Notes under the pieces: model-generated | What the model saw: the letters and a program-made list of their open reading frames with translations, nothing else | What the model was told of the DNA's origin: nothing | The model's database searches: none | Assembly: GCA_963721715.1 (NCBI GenBank) | Contig: CAVRKI010000004.1 | Coordinates: 1,354,500 to 1,418,499 of the forward strand | Direction: 5' to 3' | Length of the DNA stretch: 64,000 nt | Source: an uncultured Acidobacteriota bacterium | GTDB taxonomy: Bacteria > Acidobacteriota > Vicinamibacteria > Vicinamibacterales > UBA2999 | Shown here: positions 28,279 to 40,198 of the stretch, piece by piece | How positions within the stretch are numbered: position 1 is the first letter of the stretch | How the letters are laid out: each line of letters starts with the position of its first letter | Program-made: the position numbers and the translations under genes

Positions 28279-28332
28279 ATTTTCTCAAAAGAGATCCAGG
28301 CGCCGGAGCTCGTCTGTTAGGCTAAGGAGCCC

Positions 28333-30675
28333 GTGTCGCCATCGCCGGATCGCCGTTCCCCAGCCTGGTTGCTGCCACTCCTCGCAACCCTGTTCTTCTT
28401 CTCCGGCGCGTGCGCCCTGATCTACCAGGTGATGTGGCTGCGGCTGCTGGCGCTGGTCTTCGGCGTCACCGTCTACGCCGCCAGCACGGTGCTCGCCGGA
28501 TTCATGGGCGGACTCGCCGTCGGCAGCTTCGCGGCAGGGCGGCTGGCCCGGCAGGTCACCCGACCGCTGGCCGCGTTCGGCGCGGCCGAGGTGCTGGTTG
28601 GCCTGACGGCGCTGGGATCACCGCTGGTGCTCGATGCGCTCACCCGTCTGTGGATCACGGTGCACCCGTCGCTGCCCGATTCGCTCGCCGCCATCACCAT
28701 CATCCGCTTCCTCTGCGCGTTCGCGGTGCTGATCGTGCCCACCTCGCTGATGGGGGCGACGCTGCCACTGATCGTCAAGTCCGCGGTGGCTCAGGAAGCA
28801 CGGATCGGCGCCCGCGTCGGCGTGCTCTACGCCATCAACACGACCGGCGCGATCGTCGGCGCGCTGGTCGCCGGGTTCTATTTCATCTCGGAGATCGGCG
28901 TCGAACGCTCGTTCATCCTGGCCGCGGCCACCAACGTCGCCATCGGCGTGGTCGCGATGGCCGCGACGTTCACACTGCCGAAGGCCGGGCCGGCGCTCAC
29001 CGCCAGCACTTCGACGCCGCCGTCGGCCACCGTCGAAGTGCTGACGCTCGGCCAGCGGCGCGCGGTGCTGTGGACGTTCTTCCTCTCCGGCCTGCTGTCG
29101 TTGGCGCTGGAGATCGTCTGGTTCCGGATGCTCGTGGTCTATCTCCGCCCCACCGCGTATGCCTTCACCATCATGCTGGCGATGGTGCTGGCGGGCATCG
29201 CCGTCGGCAGCGCCCTCGCCACGCCGCTGCTTCGGCGCCGCCGCGCCTGGCTGCCGGTGCTGACCGTGATTCAGCTGGGCATCGGCGTGGCCGCGGTGCT
29301 GTCGTTCAACGCCCTGGCTAGCAGTCAGGGGCTGCTCCAATCGACGGCCGGTGTGTACCCGATCCTGGCCGCAATCGGCATCGATGCCTACCTCGCGCCG
29401 ATCGTCATTTCGAGCGCCGCGGCCATGCTGCCGGCGACGTTGCTCCTGGGCCTGGCATTCCCCATGGGGCTGTCGTTGTGGGCCGGGGATGACACCAGCG
29501 AGGACACCAGCCGCCGCATCGGCGCCTTCTACTCGCTCAACGTGCTCGGCGCCATCGCCGGTTCGGTCGCCGCCGGCTTCCTCATGCTGCCGGCGCTGGG
29601 CAGCCGGGGCAGCCTGGTCGCCGCCTCGGCGCTCGCGATGCTGTCGAGCGTGATGCTGGCCGTCACCCAGTGGAAGACGCGGCCCAACTTCGCGGGATTC
29701 ATGGCGCTGGTCGGACCGGTGGTCTTCGCGATGGCCGCGCTCAACACCGTCAACCCGTTCGACGTGGCGTTCGAGCGCTTCCATGGCGGCGAACGGCTGC
29801 TGTGGCGTCAGGAGGGTGTGCAGACCACCGTCGCGGTCCACGAGCGATCGGGCCAGCGCTCGCCGATGCGCGTGATGTACCTCGACGGCATGCACCAGGC
29901 CAACGATTCGGAGGCCACCGCCTTCGTTCATCACCGCATCGGTGCGCTGCCAGTGATGCTGCACCAGGACCCGACCACCGCGCTGGTGGTCGGCATGGGA
30001 GGCGGGGCCACTCCCGGGGCGGTCGCGCGCTTCGACGTCGACGTCGACGTCGTCGAGCTCTCGGGTGCCGTGGTCCAGGGCTCCGACTACTTCGCCAACA
30101 TCAACTTCGATCTGCTCAAGCGGCCCAACGTGCACCTCCGCGTGGACGATGGGCGCAACTTCCTGATGATGACGCGCAAGAAGTACGACGTCATCACGGC
30201 GGACATCATCCTGCCGCGCCACGCCGGCGCCGGCGCGCTCTACTCGCGCGAATACTACCAGCTGGTACGCAGCGCGCTGGCCGAGGGCGGACTCGCACTG
30301 CAGTGGAATGGCGGCGAGACCGAGACCGAATACAAGCTCCTGCTGCGGACGTTCCTGTCCGTGTTCCCGTACACGACGTTGTGGGGCGATGGCACCCTGA
30401 TGCTCGGCAGCCTGAAGCCATTCGAGCTGAGCGAAAGCGCCTACGAGGCGCGGCGGCGCCGGCCGGGCTTCACCGATCTGTTCGACTGGGACATCGCGAC
30501 GATGCGGCGCCTCTACGTCGCCGGCCCGGACGCGCTCCGGGCGTTCGCCGGCGACGGGCCCCTCCTCACCGACGACAAGCCGGTGATCGAGTACTTCCTG
30601 TCGCTGCCCAGGAACGACAGGGCCCCCGACCTCAGCAGCGTGCACGGCCGATTCGAAGACATCGTCAGGCCGTAG
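28333..30675 (+). CDS. Fused MFS-like membrane domain and spermidine-synthase-like domain
   Basis: SGACALIYQVMW, LMGATLP, YAINTTGA repeats; LVVGMGGGAT, VVEL, DDGRNFL, YDVITAD, LTDDKP. Confidence 0.9.
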   Translation: MSPSPDRRSPAWLLPLLATLFFFSGACALIYQVMWLRLLALVFGVTVYAASTVLAGFMGGLAVGSFAAGRLARQVTRPLAAFGAAEVLVGLTALGSPLVLDALTRLWITVHPSLPDSLAAITIIRFLCAFAVLIVPTSLMGATLPLIVKSAVAQEARIGARVGVLYAINTTGAIVGALVAGFYFISEIGVERSFILAAATNVAIGVVAMAATFTLPKAGPALTASTSTPPSATVEVLTLGQRRAVLWTFFLSGLLSLALEIVWFRMLVVYLRPTAYAFTIMLAMVLAGIAVGSALATPLLRRRRAWLPVLTVIQLGIGVAAVLSFNALASSQGLLQSTAGVYPILAAIGIDAYLAPIVISSAAAMLPATLLLGLAFPMGLSLWAGDDTSEDTSRRIGAFYSLNVLGAIAGSVAAGFLMLPALGSRGSLVAASALAMLSSVMLAVTQWKTRPNFAGFMALVGPVVFAMAALNTVNPFDVAFERFHGGERLLWRQEGVQTTVAVHERSGQRSPMRVMYLDGMHQANDSEATAFVHHRIGALPVMLHQDPTTALVVGMGGGATPGAVARFDVDVDVVELSGAVVQGSDYFANINFDLLKRPNVHLRVDDGRNFLMMTRKKYDVITADIILPRHAGAGALYSREYYQLVRSALAEGGLALQWNGGETETEYKLLLRTFLSVFPYTTLWGDGTLMLGSLKPFELSESAYEARRRRPGFTDLFDWDIATMRRLYVAGPDALRAFAGDGPLLTDDKPVIEYFLSLPRNDRAPDLSSVHGRFEDIVRP

Positions 30676-30676
30676 G

Positions 30677-31264
30677 TCAGGTGGTCACCGTGACCACGAG
30701 GGCCTCGGGAGCGCGCGCGCTCAGCCGCCGATAGCCGTGCGGCTGTGAGGAGTCGAAGTACATCGAGTCGCCCGTGGCCAGCACGTGCTCCACGCCCGCA
30801 ACGATGATGGCCAACCTGCCGCTCAGCAGGTGGAGGAACTCCGCGCCCGCATGCTCGTGCAGGCGCGGGCGCGCCGCGGCCTGGCGAAACCGCACGCGAT
30901 AGGCGTTCATCAGGCGCTCGGTAGCGGTGAAGTCGAGGCATTCGAATTCCCAGGCCACGTCCCGGCCGCCCAGTCGCTCGGGGAATCGCCTGCGCTCCGC
31001 CGCGCGGACGATGCCGAGTGCGCGTGGCGGCGTGGCGGTGGCGAAGAAATAGTCGAGCCCCACGCCGTAGACGAGCGCGACGCGCATCAGGGTCGGCAGC
31101 GTCGGCACCATCTTGTTGCGCTCGAGCTTCGACAGGAGCCCCGCCGACAACCCCGTGTGACGGCCGAGCGCCACAAGGCCGAGCTTGCGCTTCAGCCGTA
31201 GCGCGCGAAGCTTCTGGCCGATCCCGAACGACTGCAACCCCTGGGCGAGCACTGGTGACAGCAT
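30677..31264 (-). CDS. XRE-family HTH regulator with cupin domain
   Basis: IGQKLRALR..TGLSAGLLSKLERNKMVPTL; HAGAEF..GDSMYFDSSQPHGY. Confidence 0.9.
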   Translation of the reverse strand: MLSPVLAQGLQSFGIGQKLRALRLKRKLGLVALGRHTGLSAGLLSKLERNKMVPTLPTLMRVALVYGVGLDYFFATATPPRALGIVRAAERRRFPERLGGRDVAWEFECLDFTATERLMNAYRVRFRQAAARPRLHEHAGAEFLHLLSGRLAIIVAGVEHVLATGDSMYFDSSQPHGYRRLSARAPEALVVTVTT

Positions 31265-31445
31265 TTTCGTACCAGGAAAAATATTTACTCCGATCAGGCA
31301 GAACCGTCAAACCACCTTCGCGCCACGCCGATCCGCCTGCACCTCCCGAAGACCAGCGCGCGTCATACCCATAGATTCGGGAATTGCGGGTCCCTTGAGG
31401 TCCCACCGACACACACGGTCCCTCCCGAGGCCAAGGAGACACTGA

Positions 31446-31938
31446 ATGAAGGCACTGAAGACTCTCATGTTCGGCGCGGCGGTTGCGGCTCTCACCCTTT
31501 CCGCCGGCACGGTGACCCGCGCCCAGGGCAGCGACATCGTCGCCACGGCCGTGGCCGCCGGCCAGTTCAAGACCCTCGCGGCGGCGCTGCAGGCGGCCGG
31601 GCTGGTCGAGACGCTGAAGGGCGCTGGCCCGTTCACGGTGTTCGCGCCGACTGACGAGGCGTTCGCCAAGCTGCCGAAGGGCACCGTCGAGGACCTGCTG
31701 AAGCCCGAGAACAAGGCCAAGCTGACCGCCATCCTCACCTACCACGTGGTCCCGGGCAAGGTGATGGCCGCCGACGTCGTCAAGGTGAAGGAAGCCAAGA
31801 CCGTGCAGGGCGGCTCGATCAAGGTGATCGGCCATGGGCGGCAAGGTCATGGTCGACAACGCGAACGTCGTGAAGACCGACATCGCGGCCTCGAATGGCG
31901 TCATTCACGTGATCGACAGCGTCCTCATGCCGAAGTAA
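31446..31938 (+). CDS. Fasciclin (FAS1, MPT70-like) exported protein; +1 frameshift near 31827
   Basis: [22 protein letters not shown]; the C-terminal [16 protein letters not shown] lies in the next frame. Confidence 0.9.
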
Positions 31939-31995
31939 GGGCGACCGGACGCGGGGGACATTCATCCGCATCTCTTTCATCCCTCGCGCCGGCAG

Positions 31996-32040
31996 GCGGG
32001 AGCCGGGCTGGTATACAGCCCCGCTCCCGCTAATTCTTTG
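31996..32040 (+). terminator. Probable intrinsic terminator after the fasciclin gene
   Basis: GCGGGAGC-CGGGCTG-loop-CAGCCCC-GCTCCCGC then TAATTCTTT. Confidence 0.5.
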
Positions 32041-32056
32041 CACTAGAATTCCTGCC

Positions 32057-33148
32057 ATGCCGGTCGCCGCCGCCCCCGTCCTCTACCGAACTCAGCCGCG
32101 CACGCGAGGCGCTGGACCAGTGGGTCCGCGACCTGATGCAGTGGCATTTCAGCCCGGAGACCGGCGCCCCGTTCTGGCTCGAGTGGGCGGCGAAGGCCGG
32201 CTGGGATCCGCGCCGCGAGGTCCTGAGCTACGACGACCTCGACAAGTTCGGCCCGTTCCAGGACGAATGGCTGCGCGGCGGCGATGCCAGGCGCTGGGTG
32301 CCGAAGGGCTATGCCGGCCGCCCGGTGTACGTGTTCGAGACCGGCGGCAGCACCGGCGTGCCCAAGTCGCGCATCAACATCGACGACTTCCGCATCGACT
32401 ACTCCACCTTCAGCGACACGCCTGCCCGAGCAGTTCTTCCCGAAGGGCGCCGACTGGCTCGAGATCGGGCCGAGCGGCCCGCGCCGCCTGCGCCTGGCGA
32501 TCGAGCACCTGGCGCAGCATCGCGGCGGCATCTGTTACATGGTGGACCTCGATCCGCGCTGGGTGATCAAGCTGATCAAGCTGGGCGACATCGAGATGGT
32601 GGAGCTGTACAAGCGCCACGTCATCGACCAGGCGCTGACGCTGCTGAAGGCGCACGACACCATCAAGTGCCTGTTCACCACGCCCAAGCTGCTCGAGGCC
32701 CTGTGCGAGCGCATCTCGCTGAAGAAGGCGGGCATCACCGGCGTCTTCTGCGGCGGCACCGAGATGACGCCCCAGTTCCATCGCTTCGCGGTGGAGGAAC
32801 TGATGGAAGGCGCCTACTTCGCGCCCACCTACGGCAACACGCTGATGGGCCTGGCCGGGCACAAGCCGCCCGAGCCCCGAGGACAACTGGGCGATCATCT
32901 ACTACCCGCCCGCGCCGCGCGCGATGATCGAGGTGGTGGATCCCGACGATGAGACGACGGTGGTCGAGTACGGGGCGACCGGGCGCGTCCGCCTGACCAC
33001 GCTCACGAAGGAGTTCTTCATGCCGCGCTTCCTCGAACGTGACGAGTGCGAGCGCGAGCGCCCGTGCGCGCAGTATCCCTGGGACGGCGTCCGCAACGTC
33101 AGGCCGTTCTCGCGGTTCCAGAAGGCCGTGGTCGAAGGCGTCTACTGA
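32057..33148 (+). CDS. EhpF/GriC-like adenylate-forming enzyme (aryl-carboxylate activation); three +1 frameshifts
   Basis: Stitched from ORFs 32057/32136/32284/32924: LMQWHFSPETGAPFWL, VFETGGSTGVPK, LFTTPKLLE, GGT, PTYGNT, VEYGATGRV, ERD. Confidence 0.78.
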
Positions 33149-34595
33149 TGATCAATCTGCCGATCTTGCGCTGGGGGCGGGCGTACCGCAGCGTCGACGC
33201 CGTGGTGGTGCCGCACTTCCGCACCCGCGAGCCGTTCGTGGCGATGAGCCAGGCCAACGTCGGGCTCATCCGGCGTGACCTGCTGACGCAGCAGGAGGCG
33301 CGCGCGCGGCTGGCGGCGATACCGGTGGCCGAGCTCGTGGCGGCGTCGCATCGCGCCGCCGAGTCGTTCATGCACGACACGCTGCCGCTCGACGAGACCA
33401 GCGGCCACGGCCAGACGCCACAGGACTACGTGGAGCAGGTGACCGCCACCACGGGCATGCCGTGGGCCAGCGTCCGCCGCAACATGGCCAAGGTGCACGG
33501 CGTGCTGAGCCGCGTGGAGGAAGTGCTGGCGGGCCTCACGCGCGGGCTGGATCTCTCGCTGCTCGACGCGGGCATGGGCGAGAACGAGGGCCACCTGCTC
33601 AGCTTCTTCCCGCGCACCGACGCGCTCGGCGTCGTGCTGCCCAGCAACTCGCCCGGCGTCCACTCGCTGTGGGCGCCGGCCATCGTCCTGAAGATGCCGC
33701 TCGTGCTCAAGCCGGGCAGCGCCGAACCGTGGACGCCGTTCCGGATCATCCAGGCCTACATTCGAGGCCGGCGTGCCCGCCGAGGTGTTCAGCTACTACC
33801 CGACCGACCACGCGGGCGGCAACGAGATCCTGCGCTCGTGCGGGCGCGGCATGGTCTTCGGCGACGTCGGCTCGACGAAGCGGTGGGCGCGCGATCCGCG
33901 CGTCGAAGTGCACGGCCCCGGCTACAGCAAGGTCGTGATCGGGCCGGATGCCGCCGACCACTGGCCGGACTACATCGACACCATCGCGGAGTCGATCGCC
34001 AACAACGGCGGCCGCTCGTGCGTGAACGCTTCGGGCGTGTGGGTGACCAGGCACGCGCGACGCGATCGCCGAGGCGCTGGCGGCGCGGCTGGCGGAGGTG
34101 ACGCCACGCGCGTGGGACGATCCGGACGCGGTGCTCGCGCCGTTCGCGGATCCGGCGACCGCGCATCGCATCTCGGCGATGATCGACCAGGACCTGACGC
34201 CGGCCGAGGGCGCCGACGGCCGCCCGGCGCGCGATGTCTCCGCGGCGGTACGCGGAACCAGCCGCGTGGTGAGCGCGCATGGCGGCACCTACCTGCTGCC
34301 CACGGTGGTGCGCTGCGACGCCGACCACGCGCTCGCGAATCGCGAGTTCCTCTTCCCCTTCGCCAGCGTCGTCGAGGTGCCGGCCGAGGCGCTGCCCGCC
34401 GCCCTCGGCTTCTCGCTCGTGGTCACCTGCATCTCGGACGATCCCGCGCTGCGCGCCCGCATGGTGGCCTCGCCTCACGTGGACCGCCTGAACTTCGGCG
34501 CCATCCCCACCACCCGCATCGGCTGGGACCAGCCTCACGAAGGCAACCTGTTCGAGCATCTCTACGCGCGTCGCGCCATCCAAAGACTCGCGTGA
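33148..34595 (+). CDS. Aldehyde-dehydrogenase-fold reductase (EhpG/GriD-like); two +1 frameshifts
   Basis: VLPSNSPGVH, VLKPGSAEP, MVFG, HGPGYSK, catalytic NNGGRSCVNAS, EFLFPFASV; TGATG coupling to the upstream gene. Confidence 0.8.
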
Positions 34596-34602
34596 CGTGA
34601 CT

Positions 34603-34628
34603 CCTTGAACTCTTGAACTGTGAACTCT
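34603..34628. repeat. Short TGAACT tandem repeat
   Basis: CCTTGAACTCTTGAACTGTGAACTCT. Confidence 0.55.
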
Positions 34629-34644
34629 CGCCCCTGACCCCCTG

Positions 34645-35938
34645 ATGCGTCTGCTCCTGCTCTCCGCCGGCGCCGCCTCGATGTATTGCGGCAGCTGCCT
34701 GCGCGACAACGCGCTGGCGGCCGCGCTGATGAAGCGGGGACACGACGTCACCCTGCTGCCGTTCTACACGCCGACCCTGACTCGGACGAAGAGAACGTCA
34801 GCCGCCAGGAGCGCGTGTTCTTCGGCGGCATCAGCGTCTACCTCGAACAGCACCTGTCGCTGTTCCGCCACACACCGGCGATGCTCGATCGGTTGTGGGA
34901 TGCGCCGTGGGTGATCAAGGCGTTCTCGAGCGGTTCCATCGCGGTGGATCCGTCGATGCTGGGCGCGCTCACCGTCTCCACGCTCCAAGGCGAGGACGGC
35001 CGCCAGCGCAAGGAGATCGAGAAGCTGCTGCGACTGGCTGGTCGACGAGCCGCGCCCGGACCTCGTCAATATTCCCTACACCCTGCTGATTTCGCTCGCG
35101 CGGCCGCTGAAGCGCGCCCTGAACGGGGTGCCGGTCGTGGTGACGCTCCAGGGTGAAGACCTGTTCCTCGATGGCCTGCCCGATCCCTTCCGTCGGCAGG
35201 CGCTGGATCTGATTCGCGCCGAAGTGCCGCACGTCGACATGTTCGTGGCGGTCAGCCAGTACTGCGCCGGATCTGATGCAGCGCTACCTGGACATCCCGG
35301 CGGCGAAACTGCGCGTGGTGCCCCTGGGCATCTCGGCGCCGGATGGGCCGGCCGCGCCCCTCGCCCGCGCGCCATTCACCATCGGCTATTTCGCCCGCGT
35401 CGCGCCGGAGAAGGGCCTGCACGTGCTGGCCGAGGCCTATCGCATCCTGCGCCGCGAACGCGGCCTGCCGCCGTCGCGTCTGCGCGCCGCGGGCTTCTGC
35501 GGTCCGGATCAGCAGGCCTACCTGGACGGGGTGCGGCGCGGCCTTCGCGCCGCAGGGCTTGAAGGCGAGTTCGATTACGCGGGGTCGCCGGATCGGCACG
35601 GCAAGTTCGCGTTTCTCCACGAACTGGATGTGTTCTCGGTGCCCAGCCCCTATCGCGAACCAAAGGGGCTCTACCTGCTCGAGGCCATGGCGGCGGGCCT
35701 GCCCGTCGTCGCGCCCGCTCACGGCGCACTGCTGGACGTGGTCCACGCCACTGGGGGCGGACTGCTGGCCGCATCGGCCGAGCCGGCGGCCATCGCCGAT
35801 GCGCTGTTCGAGTTGTGGCTGGACCCGCCGAAGGCCGCGGACCTCGGGCGTCGCGGCCGCGCCAGCGTCACCCGCGACTTCACCGTCACGCGTATGGCCG
35901 AACGGGTGGAAGCGGTTTATCGCGAAGCGATAAGCTGA
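34645..35938 (+). CDS. Glycosyltransferase family 4 (GT-B) with N-terminal CxxC; three frameshifts
   Basis: GAASMYCGSCLRDNALA, TLQGEDLFL, GYFARVAPEKGL, PSPYREPKGLYLLEAMAAGLPVV. Confidence 0.88.
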
Positions 35939-35949
35939 CCCTGACTCCC

Positions 35950-36616
35950 GTGCTCACCCTGTCATCCATCGTCAAGACCTACCCCACGCCCGCGGGACCG
36001 CTGCGCGTGCTCGACCGCGTGGACCTGACGATTGGCACCGGCGAGGCGGCCGTGATTACCGGGCCGTCGGGCTCCGGCAAGAGCACGCTGCTCTACATCG
36101 CCGGCGGCCTCGAGCCGCCGAGTTCCGGCACCGTGGATCTCGACGGGACCAATCCGTATGCGCTGGCTCCCGACGCGCTGGCGAAGTTCCGCAATCATGA
36201 GGTGGGCTTCGTCTTCCAGGATCATTGCCTGCTGCCGCAGCTCACGGTCCTCGACAACGTCCTGGTGCCGACGCTCGTCGGCGAGCCCGATCGCGACGCG
36301 CCCGATCGCGCGCGCGTGCTGCTGACGGCCGTCGGCCTCGAGCCGCGTGCGCATCATCGCCCGGCACAGCTGTCCGGCGGGGAGAAGCAACGCGCCGCCA
36401 TCGCCCGCGCGCTGGTTCGCAGCCCTCGCGCTGCTGCTGTGCGACGAGCCCACCGGCAACCTCGACGCGCAGACGGCGGAGACCGTCGCCGACGTGCTGC
36501 TCCGCCTGCAGGTGCAGCAGCACACCACTCTTCTCGTCGTGACCCACAGTACGGCCCTGGCGGCCCGCTTCGATCGGCGGCTGGCGATGGCCGAAGGCCG
36601 CATCCAGGAGGCGTGA
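35950..36616 (+). CDS. ABC transporter ATP-binding protein (LolD/MacB type); +1 frameshift near 36427
   Basis: GPSGSGKST, GFVFQ, LSGGEKQR; LLCDEPTGNLD and VVTH in the next frame. Confidence 0.92.
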
Positions 36617-36617
36617 C

Positions 36618-39600
36618 GTGTCCATGACGCGCGCGTCGCTGTGGCACTACCGCGCGCTGCACGTGCTGGTCGCGGCCGGCGTCGCGGTGGCGGTGGCCGT
36701 CCTCGCCGGCGCGCTGCTCGTGGGCGTCTCGGTCCGCGCCAGCCTGCGCGATCTGGCCCTGCAGCGCCTTGGCGCCACCGACCTGGCGGTGTCCACGCTC
36801 ACCAGCTTCAGCCAGCGGCTGGGAGGCGGCATGGTCGTGGCCGCGCCGGACACCGTGCGCGCCACCGTGGGCCTGATCGCCGTGCCGGGCACGGTCACGC
36901 ACACCCCTTCCGGCCGCGTCGCCGCGCGCGTGCAGATCTACGGCGTCGACGATGCGTTCTGGGCGTTCCACGGCGCGGCGAACGTGCCGTTGTCGGGACG
37001 CGAGGCGGCGCTCAGCGAGAGCCTGGCCGCCGATCTTGGCGCCGCCGGCGGCGATGCGCCTGGTGCTGCGCGTCAGCGGGCCGTCGGACATCCCGCTCGG
37101 CACGCTGCAGGGGCGCCGGGATGACGGCGGCACCCGCATCCGCGTGACCTTGACCCGGACGCTCGCCGCCGCTCGGCTGGGCGAGTTCTCGCTGGTGCCG
37201 GGACAGGCGCCGGTCCCGGTGGTGTTCGTGCCGCTCAGCCTGCTGCAGCGCGAGCTGACGCTGACCGGTCGCGTCAACACCATCCTCGTGCAACAGACCT
37301 CACGTGAGGGCGCGCCAGACGCCTCGCTCCCACCGGTCGATGCCATCCAGCGCGCGTGGCTGGCCAGTGCCACGCTGCCGGACCACGGCCTGCGGATCCG
37401 CCGCGTGCCGGGCGATCGCGTGATGGCGCTCGAAGGGCTGGGCGGCTACATCAGCCCCGAGATCGGCGAGCGCGTGCTCGAGGCGCTGATTCGCCTGCAA
37501 CGCCCCGGCGTGCCGGCGCTGACCTACGTCGCCAACGGCATCCGGATCGGCGAGCGCGTGACACCCTATTCGACGGTCACCGCCATCGACGTGGACGGCT
37601 ACAGCCGCCTGTCGGTGCCGGCCGGGCCGCCGGCGCCGGGGGCCGACGCGATGAGCGACGGCGACCCGCTGGTCCGTGGCTCGCTGGAGGTCCGCGTCGG
37701 ACGCGGCGGCGTGCGGGTCGGCCGCGTGCAGGTGACGGAAGCCGAACGCCGCGGGCGCGCGCCGGAAAAGGCGCCGACCAAGTCGAGGGCGCCGGATGCG
37801 GACGACCCGCCTCGTGACGGTCCGATCTGGCTGAACGAATGGACCGCCCAGGACCTGGACGCGCGCATTGGCGACACCGTGCACCTGGATTACTTCGTGT
37901 GGACGGACGAGGGCGGCCTGCGAGACGCGCAGCGCGTCGTTCGCGATGCAGGGCGTGCTGCCGATGATGCGCATCGGCGGCGACCGCACGCTCACCCCCG
38001 ACTATCCCGGCATCACCGATGCGCCCGACCTCGGCGCGTGGGACCCGCCCTTCCCGGTCGATCTCTCGAAGGTGCGCCCCCAGGACGAGGCCTACTGGGA
38101 CCAGTGGCGGGGGGCCCCCAAGGCCTTCGTGCCGCTCGACACGGGACAGCGCCTGTGGGGCTCGCGCTTCGGGAACATCTCGTCGATTCGTTTCGCGCTG
38201 CGCGACGCCGACGCGGTGGCCGCGGCCGTGCGGGCGCAGATGAACAGCCAGGTGGTGGTGCGTCCGGTTCGGCAGGAGGCCGTGGCCGCCGCCGAGGGAA
38301 CCACCGATTTCGGCGAGTACTTCCTCTACTTCAGCGCGTTCCTCGTCGCCTCGGCTCTACTGATCGCCTATCTCTTCTTCGCGCTGAGCATCGAGCAACG
38401 CGCTCGCGAGGTCGGATTGCTGGCCGCGGTCGGCTTCACCACACGTCAGGTGCGCCGCGTATTCCTGCGAGAGGCCGTCATCATCACCGCGGCCGGCGTG
38501 GTCGTCGGCGTGGCCGGCGCCGTCGGATACGCGGCGCTGATCATGCACGGCCTGCGCACGTGGTGGGTGGACGCCGTGGGCACGACCGCCCTGACCCTGC
38601 ACGTGGATCCGGCGGCGCTGATCGCGGGAGCGATGGGCGCCAACGCGGCAGCCTTGCTGGCCTTGTGGCTGGGCACGAAGTCGCTGGCGAAGCGCTCGCC
38701 ACGTTCGCTGCTGCTGGGAGCCACGCCAGACCCGCCCACACGCAACACGCGCACCACGGCCGGGCTCGGCATCGCCCTCGCCATCGTCGCCGCGGCGCTG
38801 ATAGCGGCGGCGCGAGGCGGCATGCTCGATGCCACGGGTGGCTTCTTCGGCGCAGGCGGGGCGCTGCTCGTCTCGGGACTGCTGCTCTCGCGCGCGAGGT
38901 TGCTGGCCGGCGCGGATGCCGGCGAGTGTCCGGCGACGCGTCGCCCGCGTGTGGACGCTGGGGCAGAGCCACACGGCGTGGCGTCCGACCCGAACGGTCC
39001 TCACCCTCTCGCTCATCGCGTTCGCCACCTTCGTGCTCGTCAGCGTCGTCGCCTTCCGGCGGGACGGCGCCGGGACGTCGCTCGAGCGAACGGGCGGCAC
39101 CGGCGGGTTCGCCCTGATGGCCGAGGCGGCCGTGCCGTTGATGCACGACCCGAACACGCCCGCAGGCCGCGCGGCGATGGGCCTCGATGCCGGCGGCACA
39201 CTGGACGGCACCCGCGTGACACGGGTGCGACTGCGGCCCGGCGATGAAGCCAGTTGCCTCAGCCTCTATCAGCCGCAGAACCCGCGCATCGTCGGCGTGA
39301 AACCGGCCGACCTGAGCGGGCGCTTCCGGTTCTGCTGATCAGGGCTCCGCACCGGCCGGCACATCACCGTGGACGCTGCTCGAGCAGACGCTGGAGGATG
39401 GCGCCATCCCGGCGATTGCCGACCAGACAACGCTCACCTACGTCTTCCACCTCGCGGTCGGGGACGTGTTCGAGTTCGCACCCGATGGCGTCACGCCCAT
39501 CCGCTTCCGCATCGTCGCGTCGCTGGCCGACAGCGTGCTGCAATCGGAGCTGATCATCGGTGAGTCGCCGTTCGTCCAGCTGTTTCCGCGACAGGAGGGT

Positions 39601-40120
39601 TATCGCGTGTGGTTGGTCGAATCGCCGGAACCGCATGCGGCGGAGGTGGCCGCGTTCCTCGAGGACCGCCTCGCGGACTCTGGTGTCGACGCCGTAGACA
39701 CGCGCGTGCGGCTGGCGTCCTATCATCGCGTGGAGAACACCTATCTCGCGACCTTCCAGGCCCTGGGCGCGCTGGGGCTGCTGCTGGGCACGCTCGGCGT
39801 GGGCGCCGTGCTGGCGCGCAACGTCCTGGAGCGGCAGCGCGAATGGGGCCTGCTGCGGGCGATCGGCTTCGAGCGCCGCCACCTGACGGCGATGGTGCTG
39901 GCCGAGAGCGCGGCGCTGGTCGGCGGGCGGCGTGCTGATCGGCACGATCTCGGCGGCGCTGGCGGTGGCGCCGGCGATTGCCGAACGCGGGCAGGCACTC
40001 CCCTACCTTGCGTTGGCGGGCGTACTCGCGGCGGTCATCATCGCCGGGCTCGCCTCGTCGCTGTTCGCGCTCGCGGTGGCGACGAGGGTGACGGTGGTGG
40101 AGGCGATCAAGAGCGAGTAA
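36618..40120 (+). CDS. Large FtsX/MacB-type ABC permease (about 1160 aa); five +1 frameshifts
   Basis: Stitched from ORFs 36618/36952/37868/38829/39466/39932: GVAVAVAVLAGALLVG, EQRAREVGLLAAVGF, ERQREWGLLRAIGF, VEAIKSE*. Confidence 0.85.
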
Positions 40121-40144
40121 CGGCAACCGGCAGACGGCAGACGG
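40121..40144. repeat. Heptamer repeat CGGCAGA-like
   Basis: CGGCAAC CGGCAGA CGGCAGA CGG. Confidence 0.55.
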
Positions 40145-40198
40145 AAAGGCCTGGTCCGCCGTCGCCGTGGCGAGGGCGGACGAGGGAGGCACGATCGC

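Noticed and set aside
31290-31445. SigK-like ECF promoter (GATCC..CGAA) upstream of the fasciclin gene
   Set aside because: The spacing looks short and I cannot verify the consensus, so the evidence is too weak to call.
32057-34595. Bioluminescence (luxCE) or phenazine biosynthesis cluster
   Set aside because: No luxAB, luxD or phzA-G genes are in the window; only the activating and reducing pair is present.
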